Origin: Callorhinchus milii
Taxonomy: Eukaryota
DNA length: 64,000 nt
Reading direction: 5' to 3'
Assembly: GCF_018977255.1 (NCBI RefSeq)
Contig: NW_024704742.1
Location: forward strand, 132,930,001 to 132,994,000
A model generated the notes under the pieces. It worked only from the letters and a program-made list of their open reading frames with translations, searched no databases and was not told the DNA's origin. Positions 14,233 to 25,482 of the stretch are shown here, piece after piece (positions within the stretch are counted from its first letter, which is position 1; each line of letters starts with the position of its first letter). Made by a program: the position numbers and the translations under genes.

Positions 14233-15112
14233 CAGGAAGACAGAACATTACAGCACGTGAAGGTCTCCGCTGTTCATTAATCAACCCAGCATGAGGTGCC
14301 CAAAAGCCCTAACTCTCTCCCTTCCCACTTTTCCCCTCTGCCTCAGATATCTTGGCAGACTAGCACCTCGAATCGGTGACCTTCTGAGATCCCGAGGCTT
14401 GCACTTGCTTTGAAGGTGTTGCACAGAGGAACATACTGGTTTATTCAATTACAAAAAGATGACTGAGTCAGACACTCTATTTGGACAGTTCAATTAACAT
14501 TGGGCTGCTGTGAATTGAACCCAGGTGCTGCTGATCAGGTAGGTTTACAATCACTTAGTTGAACAACTCATGACTGGATCAGACATCTCATCTCATCTTT
14601 CACAAAGAACGCAACTCCCGTGTTATGACTGGAAGCTAGAATTCAACCCCAAAAGTTTCTAATTTAGAATGTAAAGGCTCGCTGTTCATGGCGGAATGGG
14701 TTATTTGATGCGTTTCCCGATAAAAAGAGAATTCCTTTCAAGCACAAGAGCGTGAGGCTTTTTCTTTAAATGCAACAGCATTTCTCGAAGAAAAAACTTT
14801 GCGGTCACCTGAAAATGTAACTTTCTTTGTTCTGTGAATCCAGGTTATGTTGTATACAGGAGAAGGAAGAGGCTTCAGGATACATGGTTTCACCCTCTGA
14901 TGGTGGATCAAAGCCCTGAGCAGCAAGCCAGAGTCAGAAGTGCATTGGAGATTACAATGATAGGGTGCAGTGAGACCGTGGATGGATTTGAAAACGAGAT
15001 TGAGGAGTTGGAAATCAACCACTCTCTAGGACTCTGGTCAGTGAAGCCCAGGGATTTTTTTGGGGGTCAGCCGGGTGTCTGACACATGTGGAGCCTCATC
15101 AAGGAGTGATAA

Positions 15113-15463
15113 GGAGTCCTGCAGCTCAATGGTTAGAGCGTTCGCCTTGTAAGCAAGAGACCTGGGTTTGATTTCCATCAGGGCAAAACGTTGGACAAGT
15201 TTCCTTAATCCACACGCCTCTGTTTACCTAGTAGTAAGTAAGAATCTGCTTGTTAGTTGATTGGCGGATTGCTTTTCCGGTGGTAATAATTCCTTCAAAA
15301 AAATAATAATATGCATGCTATTTGTGGGACACTCATGTGCACAATTGGTTTCTGCGTTTCACCCACAAAATATAGTTAATTCATTTTACAGTATATTCTG
15401 TGAAGTGCTTTGAGATGTCTCGAAGATGCGATAAGACGCAATATCAAATACAAGGATTATTAT
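15113..15463 (+). mobile_element. Full-length family B SINE inserted into a family X copy
   Basis: GGAGTCCTGCAGCTCAATGGTTAGAGC head through to the GGATTATTAT tail. The flanks (15068-15100 and 15470-15560) are consecutive parts of family X. Confidence 0.85.
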
Positions 15464-16344
15464 CATCAGGCTTAAGAGTACCCAAACCAAACTGCACCAG
15501 AACTCCGTTCATCCCACCTACATGTGGAAATTCCTGAGATGGATTGTTGGAATGGCCAGGAATTCCAGGAAGAATAACAGAGTGGGAGTTTGTGTGGGGA
15601 AGGACTCGAGACCTTGGATTTTTTTTAAACATGAGTTGAAATTTGAGAAGCATGAAACCACAGAGATGTGCAGAGTTTGCACAGAGAACGAAGAGATCAC
15701 GAAGCCAAAAGAAAACATTTTTAGTTTATAACAATAAAACACTTGGCACTCCAGACTGACACTGGGTAATGCTGGGGGAGGGGGAGAGGTGTGCAATGTT
15801 ACTGATGCCGTCCTTCAGATAATAATAATCCTTGCACTTGATATATTGGGCCCTGAAGTTAAGACCTCAAACTGAGGTCACATCTGCCTGTTCTCCAGGT
15901 GGACGTTGAAGATCCTGGGACACTTAGAAAAGAGAAGGGAGTTTCTCCAAGAGTTGTGGCCAACAATCGTCGAGGTTAATTGATTATTCACATTGTGGCT
16001 AAAAATAATCCTTTTGTTTGTAAAGCGCCTTTCATATTGGGAGGACACTTCAAAGCACTTCAAAACATATATTTTAAGATGTAATGATTGTGTATGTTAT
16101 AGGGGAATGCCGCAACTAATTTGCAATGTCCCACAAACAGCTATGAAGTGAATGAAGTCAATTTATATTTGGGAGACTTTTGGGCAGAACACCAGGAAAA
16201 ACATCTTTCTCTGATACCATATGCCATGGGATCTTTAATGTCCACCTGAACAGGCAGACGGAACCTTGGTTTAATGTCTCACACAAAGGATGTCACCTCC
16301 AAAGTTGCAGCACTTCCCCCAGCACTGCATTGGGGTGTCAGGGG

Positions 16345-17170
16345 TGGAGAGGTACGGGGGGAGGTATTAAATGGGGTGTCTCAGGGGTCTGTTCTGGGGT
16401 CCCTCCTGTTCCTTATATATATTAATGCCCTAAATTCACAGATCCAGTGTAAGGTACTTAAAATTACTAAACTGTGGAATCAGAGGAGACAGCAAAGGTC
16501 TTACAAAAAAAAGGATATGCACTTGTGCTGCTAACTGGCAAATGAAATGCAATACATATAAATGCAAGGTACTGCATATAGGAACAACAGCATTACATTT
16601 GTATAGCGCCTTTTATGTTGGGAGGACGTCCCAAGGCGCTGGACAATCAGTGTTTGGCAAATACAAAATAAGAGGGAAATTTACTCCATGGATGGTCTAG
16701 CATTGTCAAAGAGCCCAGGGTATTAGTTGGCTTGTCATTTGTAATGTTAAAATAGTGCGAGGCAGAAAAAGCAGGACAAATAGATTCTGGGCTATATTTG
16801 CCAAATATGAATTGAGTTCAGTTTCCCAGAAGTCATACTGCAACTGTAAGTGCTCTGGCCAGGCTGCACCTGGAGAACTGTGTACAGTGCTGGTCGTTGC
16901 AACATCAGGGACCTGACAGCCTTGGGAGGCAGTGCAGAGGGGAGCAGTGAGGAAGATTCTCAGTGTTAGAGGAATGAGCTATGACTCTGAGGAATAGTTA
17001 GACAAGCTAGGCACTCTTCTGTCTTGCAAAGAGAGTCTCAGAGTGAACCTATTGAGCCGGGCAACATTTTAAATGGGATTGAGAAAGCAAACACAGAACA
17101 ATACTTTCCGACGCACCAAACAAGAGGACGCAGTTTAGGGTTGCAAAGTATGATTCCAGGACAGACTCCA
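16345..17170 (+). mobile_element. Decayed CR1 LINE ORF2 (reverse transcriptase) fragment
   Basis: Encodes VLNGVSQGSVLGSLLFLIYINAL (CR1 GVPQGSVLGPLLFLIYINDL motif), WQMKCNTYKCKVLHIG and RLHLENCVQCWS. It has frameshifts and a short antisense L2-tail insertion near 16583-16650. Confidence 0.85.
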
Positions 17171-17290
17171 CAAACTACTTCCAGAATAATAATAATCTTT
17201 GCATTTCACACCATGTGTTTCACATCAGGAAGACTCAAAAGCACTTCACAGGATTTTGCTCTGAAGTGTAGTGTTCATGTATTGTAGGTG

Positions 17291-17649
17291 AATAATAATA
17301 ATCCTTGCATTTGCTACAGCACCTTATCACATCATTGAGCTGTCTCAAAGTGCTTCACAGAATATATTGTAAAGTGAATTGAGTGTATTTTGTGGACAAA
17401 ACACGACAGCCTATTCTAGCCAACAGTGTTCCACAAACAGTTGTGGATTGAGTGCCCATTGCCTTTTTGAAGGGTTTATTACCCCAAAAAGTGATCTGTC
17501 AATCGACTAACAACCGGGTTCCTACTTACTGCTAGGTAAACAAAGGAGTGTGGGGTAAGGAAACTTGCCTAAAGTTTTGCCCTGCTGGGGAGTCGAACCC
17601 GGGTCCGCTTGCTTTGCGAGGTGAGCATGCTAACCACTACAGTACAGGA
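17291..17649 (-). mobile_element. Full-length family B SINE
   Basis: Reverse complement of 6968-7333-type sequence, with A/B boxes at 17590-17649. Confidence 0.88.
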
Positions 17650-18925
17650 AATTAAAATGCCTGTTTATGATGACTTCCAAAGAGACGCCCTAGGTGCATC
17701 AGGTCATAAACCTTCTACAGCAGTTATCTTTTAGCGTTAGAAGTGACAGATTATTCTCTTTACACCCCTGTGCATTGTTGCTTCCTTGTCCTCTGCTCCC
17801 CTGTCTCCTTGTTTCGGTGGTGTTAGTGGTGTGGTTTGGACGGACGGTGGGGGGGTGCCGGCGTTGTGCAGCTGGTTTGCACGGGGAGGTGGAATAGGCT
17901 GGCAAGCCGAGTGCAGCTGGTCATTTTCACACAGTTCAACACCTCCGACAGGCAACATCTGGCAGCTGACAAACTCATTACACTAATACTTGCCAGCCAG
18001 TGAACTGATGGGCTCATTATACACATGGCTGCACTCAGAGCCGATGAGGGAAGGGGCGGTGGGGGGAAAGAGCACAGCCTTTTGAGGTGCAAGATGAAAA
18101 TGTTAAATACCAAATGCAGGAACGTTGATCCATTCGTCATTGCAAACCAGCAGCGATGCCTGAAATCCGCTTCCAAACTTCACCCATATTTCTTTGTTCC
18201 TCTTAGTCAACAAACGAGGCTAAAAAGTTGAACCACAAGAAGTAGCATTCGTTAGTTACATGACTTGCTGGAATCATGTAATTCTGTGGAATCTGATCTA
18301 TTGGCACTTATTAAAACAATTTTATGGGGGAATAGAGTCTAAACAAACTCAGATGCCAGAAGAATCTTTCCCTTGTGCTGTATCGCTTTTCAAGTAATTG
18401 CCTACTTAATACGCTTTGAGGAAATGCATGATTATGGAGGTGGCTTTAGAAGCAGAGTAGCATGAACTTTCTCTTTAATGAATTACAAGCCATGTTTTAA
18501 TAATAAAGTCATTTTATTGTCCCCCGTAGGTGATGTACAGCTGATGTTGTATTAAACGCTGCATTTATGGGAGCTCTGCTTCTATTTCCCTTCAGGCAAT
18601 AGCCTTTTATATCCTCTCTCCTTTCTCACTCTCAATCTGCTGTGCTGTTCAATTTCCTGTTGCAGAAATTGTCCGCAATTTCTCTAGCTGCCAGTTCTAA
18701 CCCAAGCTTATGTCTTTTGTTTGTTCTCAACTGATTGGGGTTGTCTTAGAATCATGGAATCTTAAAAATAATAATAATCCTTGCATTTGGTATAGTGCCT
18801 TATCACAGCGTAAGGAATTCTCAAAGCGCAAAACAGGATTTACTGAAAGTGAATTGACCGTGTATTTGTAGGCAAAAGCAGCAGCACAATTACGCACAGC
18901 AGTATCCCACAAACAGCCAAGGAGC

Positions 18926-19385
18926 ACAGAAGGAAGCCATTCGGCCCATCGCGCCTGTGCCAGATCTTTGAAAGAGCTACCTATTCAGCTCCACTCTTAC
19001 CCCATAGCACTGCAATTTTTTCCTTTTCAATCCCCTTTAGAAAGTTGTTATTGAATCTGCTTCCATCACCCTTTCAGGCAGTGCAATCCAGACCGTAACA
19101 ACTTGCTACGTAAACATAAAATATCTTCAGCTCCCCTCTGGTTCTTTTGGCAATTATCTTGAATCTATGTGCTCTGGTTACTGACCCACCTGCCAGTGGA
19201 AACAGTTTCTCCCTATCCACTCTATTAAAACTCCTCATAATTTTAACACCTCTATTAAATCTCCCCTTAACCTTCTCTGCTCTAAGGAGAACAAGCCCAA
19301 TTTCTCTAGTCTCTCCACATAACTGAAGTCCCTAACCACTTGTAAATCTCCTTTGTTACCTCTCCAGGCCTTGCCATCCTTCAAA
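18926..19385 (-). mobile_element. CR1 LINE 3' end (ORF2 C-terminus and 3'UTR)
   Basis: Minus strand encodes RDFSYVERLEKLGLFSLEQRRLRGDLIEV...REKLFPLAGGSVTRAHRFKII and ends in the CR1-type GATGGGCCGAATGGCTTCCTTCTGTG. Confidence 0.9.
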
Positions 19386-20877
19386 GACTTGACTCAAAGT
19401 CTTCAGGACTGGGATCTGGGTATCCCTCTATGCAGCAAAGTACTCGTTTGTTCAGCATTGAGAATTATTTTAACACAAAGGAAATTGATTTATCAACTCT
19501 AAACAACTAACAAACTGGAGTTAAGCAATTTGTCCTGTCGCTCTGTTTCTATTCTCCCTCTGCTGGAATCTCAAGGAGACGTGTGTGCTTTTTATTCTAA
19601 CTAACAAGGGGTGAAATTGGTGGCGTTTCTCTTATTGCTCAGCTAGTAGCACTCTAATCGAGTCAGAAAGTTGAGAGTTCAAGCCCCATGTCAGGACTTT
19701 GAGCTCACAGTCCAGACTCACACTCCAGTATAGTGCTGGAGAAAGAATTGCATTATTAGAAGTACTTTTCCCACTGTTGAACCCTGCCTGTTAAAAGTTA
19801 ACATTCGCCCACAAAATACACAGTCAATCTACTATATAATATATCCTGTGAAACCCTTTGAGATGTCTAAACCACATGATAAGGCGTTGTATCAAATGCA
19901 AGGATTAATATTATTATTATTAACATAAAAAATCCCATCAGTATCAGAAAGGAGAAGAGAATTTCTAACAATCCCTCAGATATAATTGGCCGTTCACTTC
20001 ACGTCTGTTCATGAGACTTGCCAAGTGCAAAGTGGCTGCTGGGTTCACCTGGAAACATGTAGGAACTGCATATGACAGCAATTAACTGTGAAGTGCTTTG
20101 AGATGTTAAACATTAAGGGCGCGGTATGAAAAAAGCTGAAGTAACAATCCTGAAACACCACAAAATTCATCCTGGGGTTTCAAAGACTTTACAAGATTAC
20201 AAGATTGGTTTGGGTGAAGAAAGTCCTTTGGTCCATTTGATCTCATCCTTCCAGAACACCCACCCTACTGTGCCCCACCAACACAACATCAAGCTCAGAG
20301 GTCAGAGGTCTACATGCCATCAAGTGACATGCAAATAAGATAACTAGGAGCAGGTCTAACAGGGATTTAGGAGGAACTTCTTCCCACAGAGAGGGGGTGA
20401 GAATGTGGAACTCACTACCAAAAACTTAGTTGAAGCAAAAAGCATCAACATGTTTAAGAGAAACCTTGATCCATATGTGAGGGAAAAGTAATAATAAGAA
20501 TAATAATAAGAATCCTTGCATTTGACACCTTATCACTATTTGAGACGTCTCAAAGTGCTTCACAGAATGTACTGTAAAGCGAATTGACTGTATATTTTGT
20601 GGGCGAAACGTGGCAGCCAATTGCGCATGGCAGAATCCTCATCTCGTCTCTGGTTCTTTTGCCAGAAAGACTATTACAAATATTAATTAATCCTTACATT
20701 TGATATAGAGCCTATTATGTTGAGAGATGACTCAAAGCACTTTGCAGGGAAAACTTGATGAAAATCATCCCTTTCCTTGGCTCACAAAGGGGAAATACAC
20801 CAACATTTAAAAAATCCATCAAGAAAAAAATATATTCAATAATAAATAGCAAATGTATGGATTTAGAAAATACAGTT

Positions 20878-21308
20878 TACTCATCCTCACCTACAAAGCC
20901 ATTCACGGCCTTGCTCCCTCCTACCTCTCTGACCTACTATCCCCCTACCTACCTGCCCGTACCCTCCGTTCCTCTGGCTCCGGTCTGCTCCACATCCCCC
21001 GCCCCAACCGCCCTACCATCGGTGGCCGGGTCTTCAGCCTCTCAGCCCCGAGGCTCTGGAACTCTATCCCCCAGTGCCTTCGCCGCCTCCTCCCTTTCCT
21101 CCTTCAAGGCCGGTCTCAAGACCTTTCTCTTTGACCGTGCCTTCAGCTCCCCTCTCGACTCTCTACCCCCTCCTCGCTCCCTCCCTTCCCTCCCCTCACC
21201 CTGACCATTTCCCCCCGCTCGGGTCCTGACCCAACTGTACAGCGCCTTGGGACGTCCTCCCGACGTGAAAGGCGCTCTATAAATGGAATCTTGTTGTTGT
21301 TGTTGTTG
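20878..21308 (+). mobile_element. Young-looking L2 LINE 3' end with (TTG)n tail
   Basis: Encodes LILTYKAIHGLAPSYLSDLLSPYLPARTLRSSGSGLLHIPRPNRPTIGGRVFSLSAPRLWNSIPQCLR, a typical L2 ORF2 C-terminus. Stem-loop at 21242-21275, then (TTG)6. Confidence 0.92.
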
Positions 21309-21645
21309 ATATAGCACCTTTGACATTCGGATGACATCTCAAAGTGCTTCACAGGATTCAGTTCATGTAAAGTGCAGTGACTGCAGTTTGTCGAACATAG
21401 CAACTAACTTGCACACAACAACGTCCCCCAAACAGCCATGAGGTGATTGACTAATTTATCTGGGGGATTGTTGGCAAGGAGAAACTCCCTTCTCCTTTCA
21501 ATGATGATCTTTAGTGTCCATCTGAACACATGACAGCAGTTTAACATCTCAATCAAAGGATGACACTTCTGACAATGCAGCATTGGGTGAAACCCACAAC
21601 ATTCTGGCTCAGAAGCAAAATTGTTACCGACTGCTCCAGGCTAAC
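21308..21645 (-). mobile_element. Deu-domain SINE abutting the L2 tail, tail-to-tail
   Basis: Reverse-oriented tail, Deu domain and degenerate tRNA head. Confidence 0.7.
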
Positions 21646-24600
21646 ACATAAATTACGTGTGACGTGGTTCTTTATGGCATAAATTTGGTTATAACATGGT
21701 AGCAGTGTGGACATCATTCATTGTGCTTGGATATAGCTGGGTTTTGTCCTAAAATACAACAACTTGCATTTATTTAGCGTCCTTCACCCAGGGTAGCATC
21801 CTGGAGCGCTTAAAATGGCCGACTTGCCGCCAATGTCACTTCCCATGCGATGACCTGGAAGTTGTCCCTTTTTAATATACAATTGCCTTGGAGGGAGGGA
21901 GCTGATTCGTTGCGTTCGCAGGCAACAATACCAGCTATGGCACCTGTTTTGTGGGTCCCAACCACTGTGTTGTGATAGAGCTCCTCTATACAGTCAGCGG
22001 GTACAGAGCGATGAATCAAAAGAGGACTTTAAGGAAAAGTGTCAAGCTGACCACTGGAAGTTCATAACTGCTCAAAGCAACCTGTTACTCCCCACTGAAT
22101 AAACAACAGTGTAGTTGACTCGTGGTAAACAGATACAGTAATTCACTTTATCAAGTGTTATGTTTGTGTGCAGAGGGGAGGGGATAAGGAGGGTACACCG
22201 ACATTTACGCTGGGGTAAAGGGGCCATACCTAGGCATTAAGGTGAGTGTCATGGCAATTATAGCTCACATCTGGGGAGTTGGTCGTGGAAAGAAATTTGA
22301 AACAGGTTTTTCGGTAGTTTTAACCAGAGCAAAATATCAGTCATAAATTGCTACATGACTGATCAGGAGTCTGGAGCTTTTAGATAATAACATAGCTGTT
22401 TTGCCAAAAGAGGTTTCTGACTGATTAAATAACCATCTTGCTCCATCAGCAACGTGTCAATTCTTTTATCTTGTTCGGTGAATTTCGCAACTTTCTATTT
22501 ATCAACGCTGGCATATTATTTTAGGCTTTATCCCTGTCCACCTCCCCCTTCCCTGGACTCCTCCCCACTCCCCACCCCTTCCCTGCCCCGCCCTCGCTGC
22601 ACGCACTATTGCACAAAACACACAGTCACTGCATTTTATAGTAAATTCCGTGAAGCGCTTTGGGGACGTCCTCCTGATGTGAAAATCAGGGATGATGATG
22701 ATTCCCACGCTGGTGTACCAGACTGCTATCCTGTGCCCGGCCCCCTGTGACTGACCACTGGGAGTTGTGTGGCGAATGGTCTGCGGTTTTCCATTCCTCC
22801 CTGTGGGAAAGGTGTCTGGGCCACGTCTGGGATTTTCCCCGTCGACCTAGAGAAAGCCGGACTGCGTCTCCAGGGCACATCAGCCTCGCCAGCCGGCAAA
22901 ACAGGTAAAAGCCATGTTCACTGTTTGCTCAGCAGCCTGGGCTGGGCTGAACAACTTGACTCGCAACAGGAAGATTGTGAGTCTGTGTCAATAAATTGAG
23001 CCATTGCGTCTTCAAATTAAAATAGCCTCTTTTTTTTGGAGTTGGGTCTCCCAGGGTTTGAAGCAACAGCGCTGACTGACACTAACTCCATTGTTGATGG
23101 AGTTACTGTCATGTGTCATGTCTGTCTCATCAATGGGACTTGAAAGTGAATGTGTGTTTTACCCCTGCAAGCCACAGGGTAAATAATAATAATAATCTTT
23201 GCATTTGATTTAGCGCTTATCACGTTGTTCAGACGTCTGAAAGCGCTTCACAGAATATACTGCAAAGTGGATTCACTGCGTATTTTGCGGGTGAAACGCG
23301 GCAACCAATTGTGCACGTCAGTGTCCCACAAACAGTGGTAGACTGAATGACCCCAATTTTTTTTTGAGTGCTTATTACCACCAGAAAGCAATCCGCCAAT
23401 CAAAAAAAAATTGACTTGGAAGTGAATGCGTGTTTCAATCCCTACGAGCCACACAGTAAAGGGGGTTTCCTAGTCAAATTTGCTAATGGCTCATAGTTAC
23501 CTAAATTTTGCTATGTGTAAGATTGACTCAGTTGTTAGCACTTTTGGCTCTGGGGCAGGAGGTTGTTGGTTCAAGCCCTATATTGGGCTAATCATAGTCC
23601 AAGCGGCACTCCAAGTGTTGTTCTGACTAGGTGCTGTTCAGGATCCCTTGGACGTAGGTTTCTCCAGGGCACTAGCTAACGATCCTACAGATTAACAAAA
23701 TAAAGATCCTACAGATTAACAAAAAATATAATCCTGTGTATTCTGTTTCGCTCACAAAATATACTGTCAATTCACTTCGAAGTATATTCTCTGAAGCGCT
23801 TTGAGACGTCTCTTTGAAACAACCCTTCATAATAATTTCCTTACCTTCCTCCCTTCCTATCCTCCCTTTTCCCCTTACTCCCTTTCTTTCTCATTTGTAA
23901 GAATTATCGACTTAACCTGTTGATGAAGTGGGCACAAAGGCAGCATTTTTCTGCTCACTGCCAACAAGAACACCAATGAGCTGGATTTCATCTGACTCAC
24001 ACTCAGCCAACACATCAGGGCATGCCATACATTTTGACCTGCTCATGTATCTGCAAATATATGTACAGTTCATAGTTGACTTAGACCAACTGACGGCTGC
24101 TAGTCTTCACTGGGTTGGGTACTTGTACACTTCAGTCAACTGGGGATGTGGGATCTGCTTAACTTCTGGTCAATTTACCTGCAGAAAATATCACCCCAGA
24201 GTGACAGAGTCAAATGAGTGGTGAGTGACAATGTGGAAATACTTGGTTGTCCCACTGGGGGTATCTGTGGCATTTTGACAGCTTGTTATTGATAGAAATC
24301 AAAATGCAGGAAAGTACATTTGATACAGCGCCATTCAAGTCGGGAGTACATCCCAAAATGCTTCACAGGACGTACTGTAATGTAAACTGCGTGTTTTGTG
24401 GGCGAAGCACATGATTGACTGGAGCCAATTATTATTAATTTATTATTTTTCCCTCACAACCATCACAGCTTGATACTGGGGTCTAAGCTGTTTGCAAACG
24501 GCAGCGATGGTTCTGTTACCTGTTTGAGCGAGTCTCTACCTTCTAAAGCGTATGGATTGCGAGCCAAAGCTGCAGAACAAATATCTACTTTGGCAGCTCA

Positions 24601-24801
24601 ATCTGCAAAACAAACACTGCCTTTGGAAGACTTTGGGGTTTGGTTTGGATTTTTGGAAGGAGAGAGAGCGAGAGAGGGAGACTAATTTTTGCTCAGCCTT
24701 TCAGTGGCTGAAATATAATAATAATCCTTGTATTTGATATAACACCCTGTCATGTCTTCGAGACGTCTCAAAGCGCTTCACAGAATATACTGTAAAGTGA
24801 A

Positions 24802-25482
24802 CAAAATGCAAAATACTGCAGATGCTGGGAATCTGAAACAAAAACAGAGAGAGCTGGGAACACTCAGCAGGTCAGGCAGCATCTATGGAGAAAGGAAAAT
24901 GAGTCAACGTTTCGGGTCCATGACCCTTCGTCAGAACTGGGGCATGTTGGTAGGGAAAGGCTTTTAAGGACAAGTTGAGACGGGGATGCAGGACAAGGAA
25001 GACAAAGAAGATTAAAAAGAAGACAAAGGAGAGAATGTGTTAGTTGATGGGTTAAAGAGGTGATAGTGGCGTAAGACAAAAGTGGGGGTGGGTGGGTTGA
25101 AACAAAACTGGGGAGAAGCTGTGTTGCTAGTGCAGAACAGGCAACACACCAGAGAGAGAGACAAAGAGTGTCTGGGGTGATGCTTGTAATGATAACAGAA
25201 GATATCAGGGTTGACCTTGCATACAGAATGGAGGTGTTCTGCAAATCGGTCACCCAATCTGCGCTTAGTCTCCCCAATATAGAGGAGGCCACACCGTGAG
25301 CAGCGGATGCAGTATACTACAATGGTTGTAGGATATGTAAATCGCTGTCTTACATGGAAGCTGCGTTTGGGGCCTTGGATAGTGGTTTGGGAGGAGATGA
25401 ATGGGCAGGTATTACCTCTCCTGCGCTGGCATGGGAAGGTGCCAGGGAAAGGAGAGCAGCTGGTAATGCTGACGGTGGAATG
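24802..25482 (-). mobile_element. Penelope-like retroelement 3' fragment (GIY-YIG endonuclease remnant plus terminal repeat)
   Basis: Minus strand encodes PGTFPCQRRRGNTCP...VVYCIRCSRCGLLYIGETKRRLGDRFAEHL, a GIY-YIG motif with the Cys/His pattern typical of PLEs. It is followed by a pyrimidine-rich 3' region containing a hammerhead motif. Confidence 0.9.
24902..24938 (-). ncRNA. Minimal type I hammerhead ribozyme motif (PLE-associated)
   Basis: Minus strand AGTT-CTGACGA-A-GGGTC-ATG-GACCC-GAAAC-GTT-GACT. It has the CUGANGA and GAAA core, a 5-bp stem II, a 4-bp stem I (AGUU/GACU) and a palindromic ACGU in place of stem III. Confidence 0.8.

Noticed and set aside
17694..18231. Overlapping ORFs, one with a hydrophobic Ser/Ala-rich stretch reminiscent of a GPI-signal exon (e.g. 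CNTFR)
   Set aside because: No recognisable similarity, no good donor or stop placement, and no accompanying Ig/FN3/WSxWS exons were found in the window.
22690..22999. GC-richer ORF MANGLRFSIPP... with donor-like CAG|gtaaaa
   Set aside because: No recognisable domain, the start is non-ATG, and it directly follows an L2-type tail stub. There is not enough support for an exon.
23083..23105. 9-bp inverted repeat TAACTCCAT-TGTTG-ATGGAGTTA
   Set aside because: Too short to distinguish from chance in 64 kb, with no flanking element structure.
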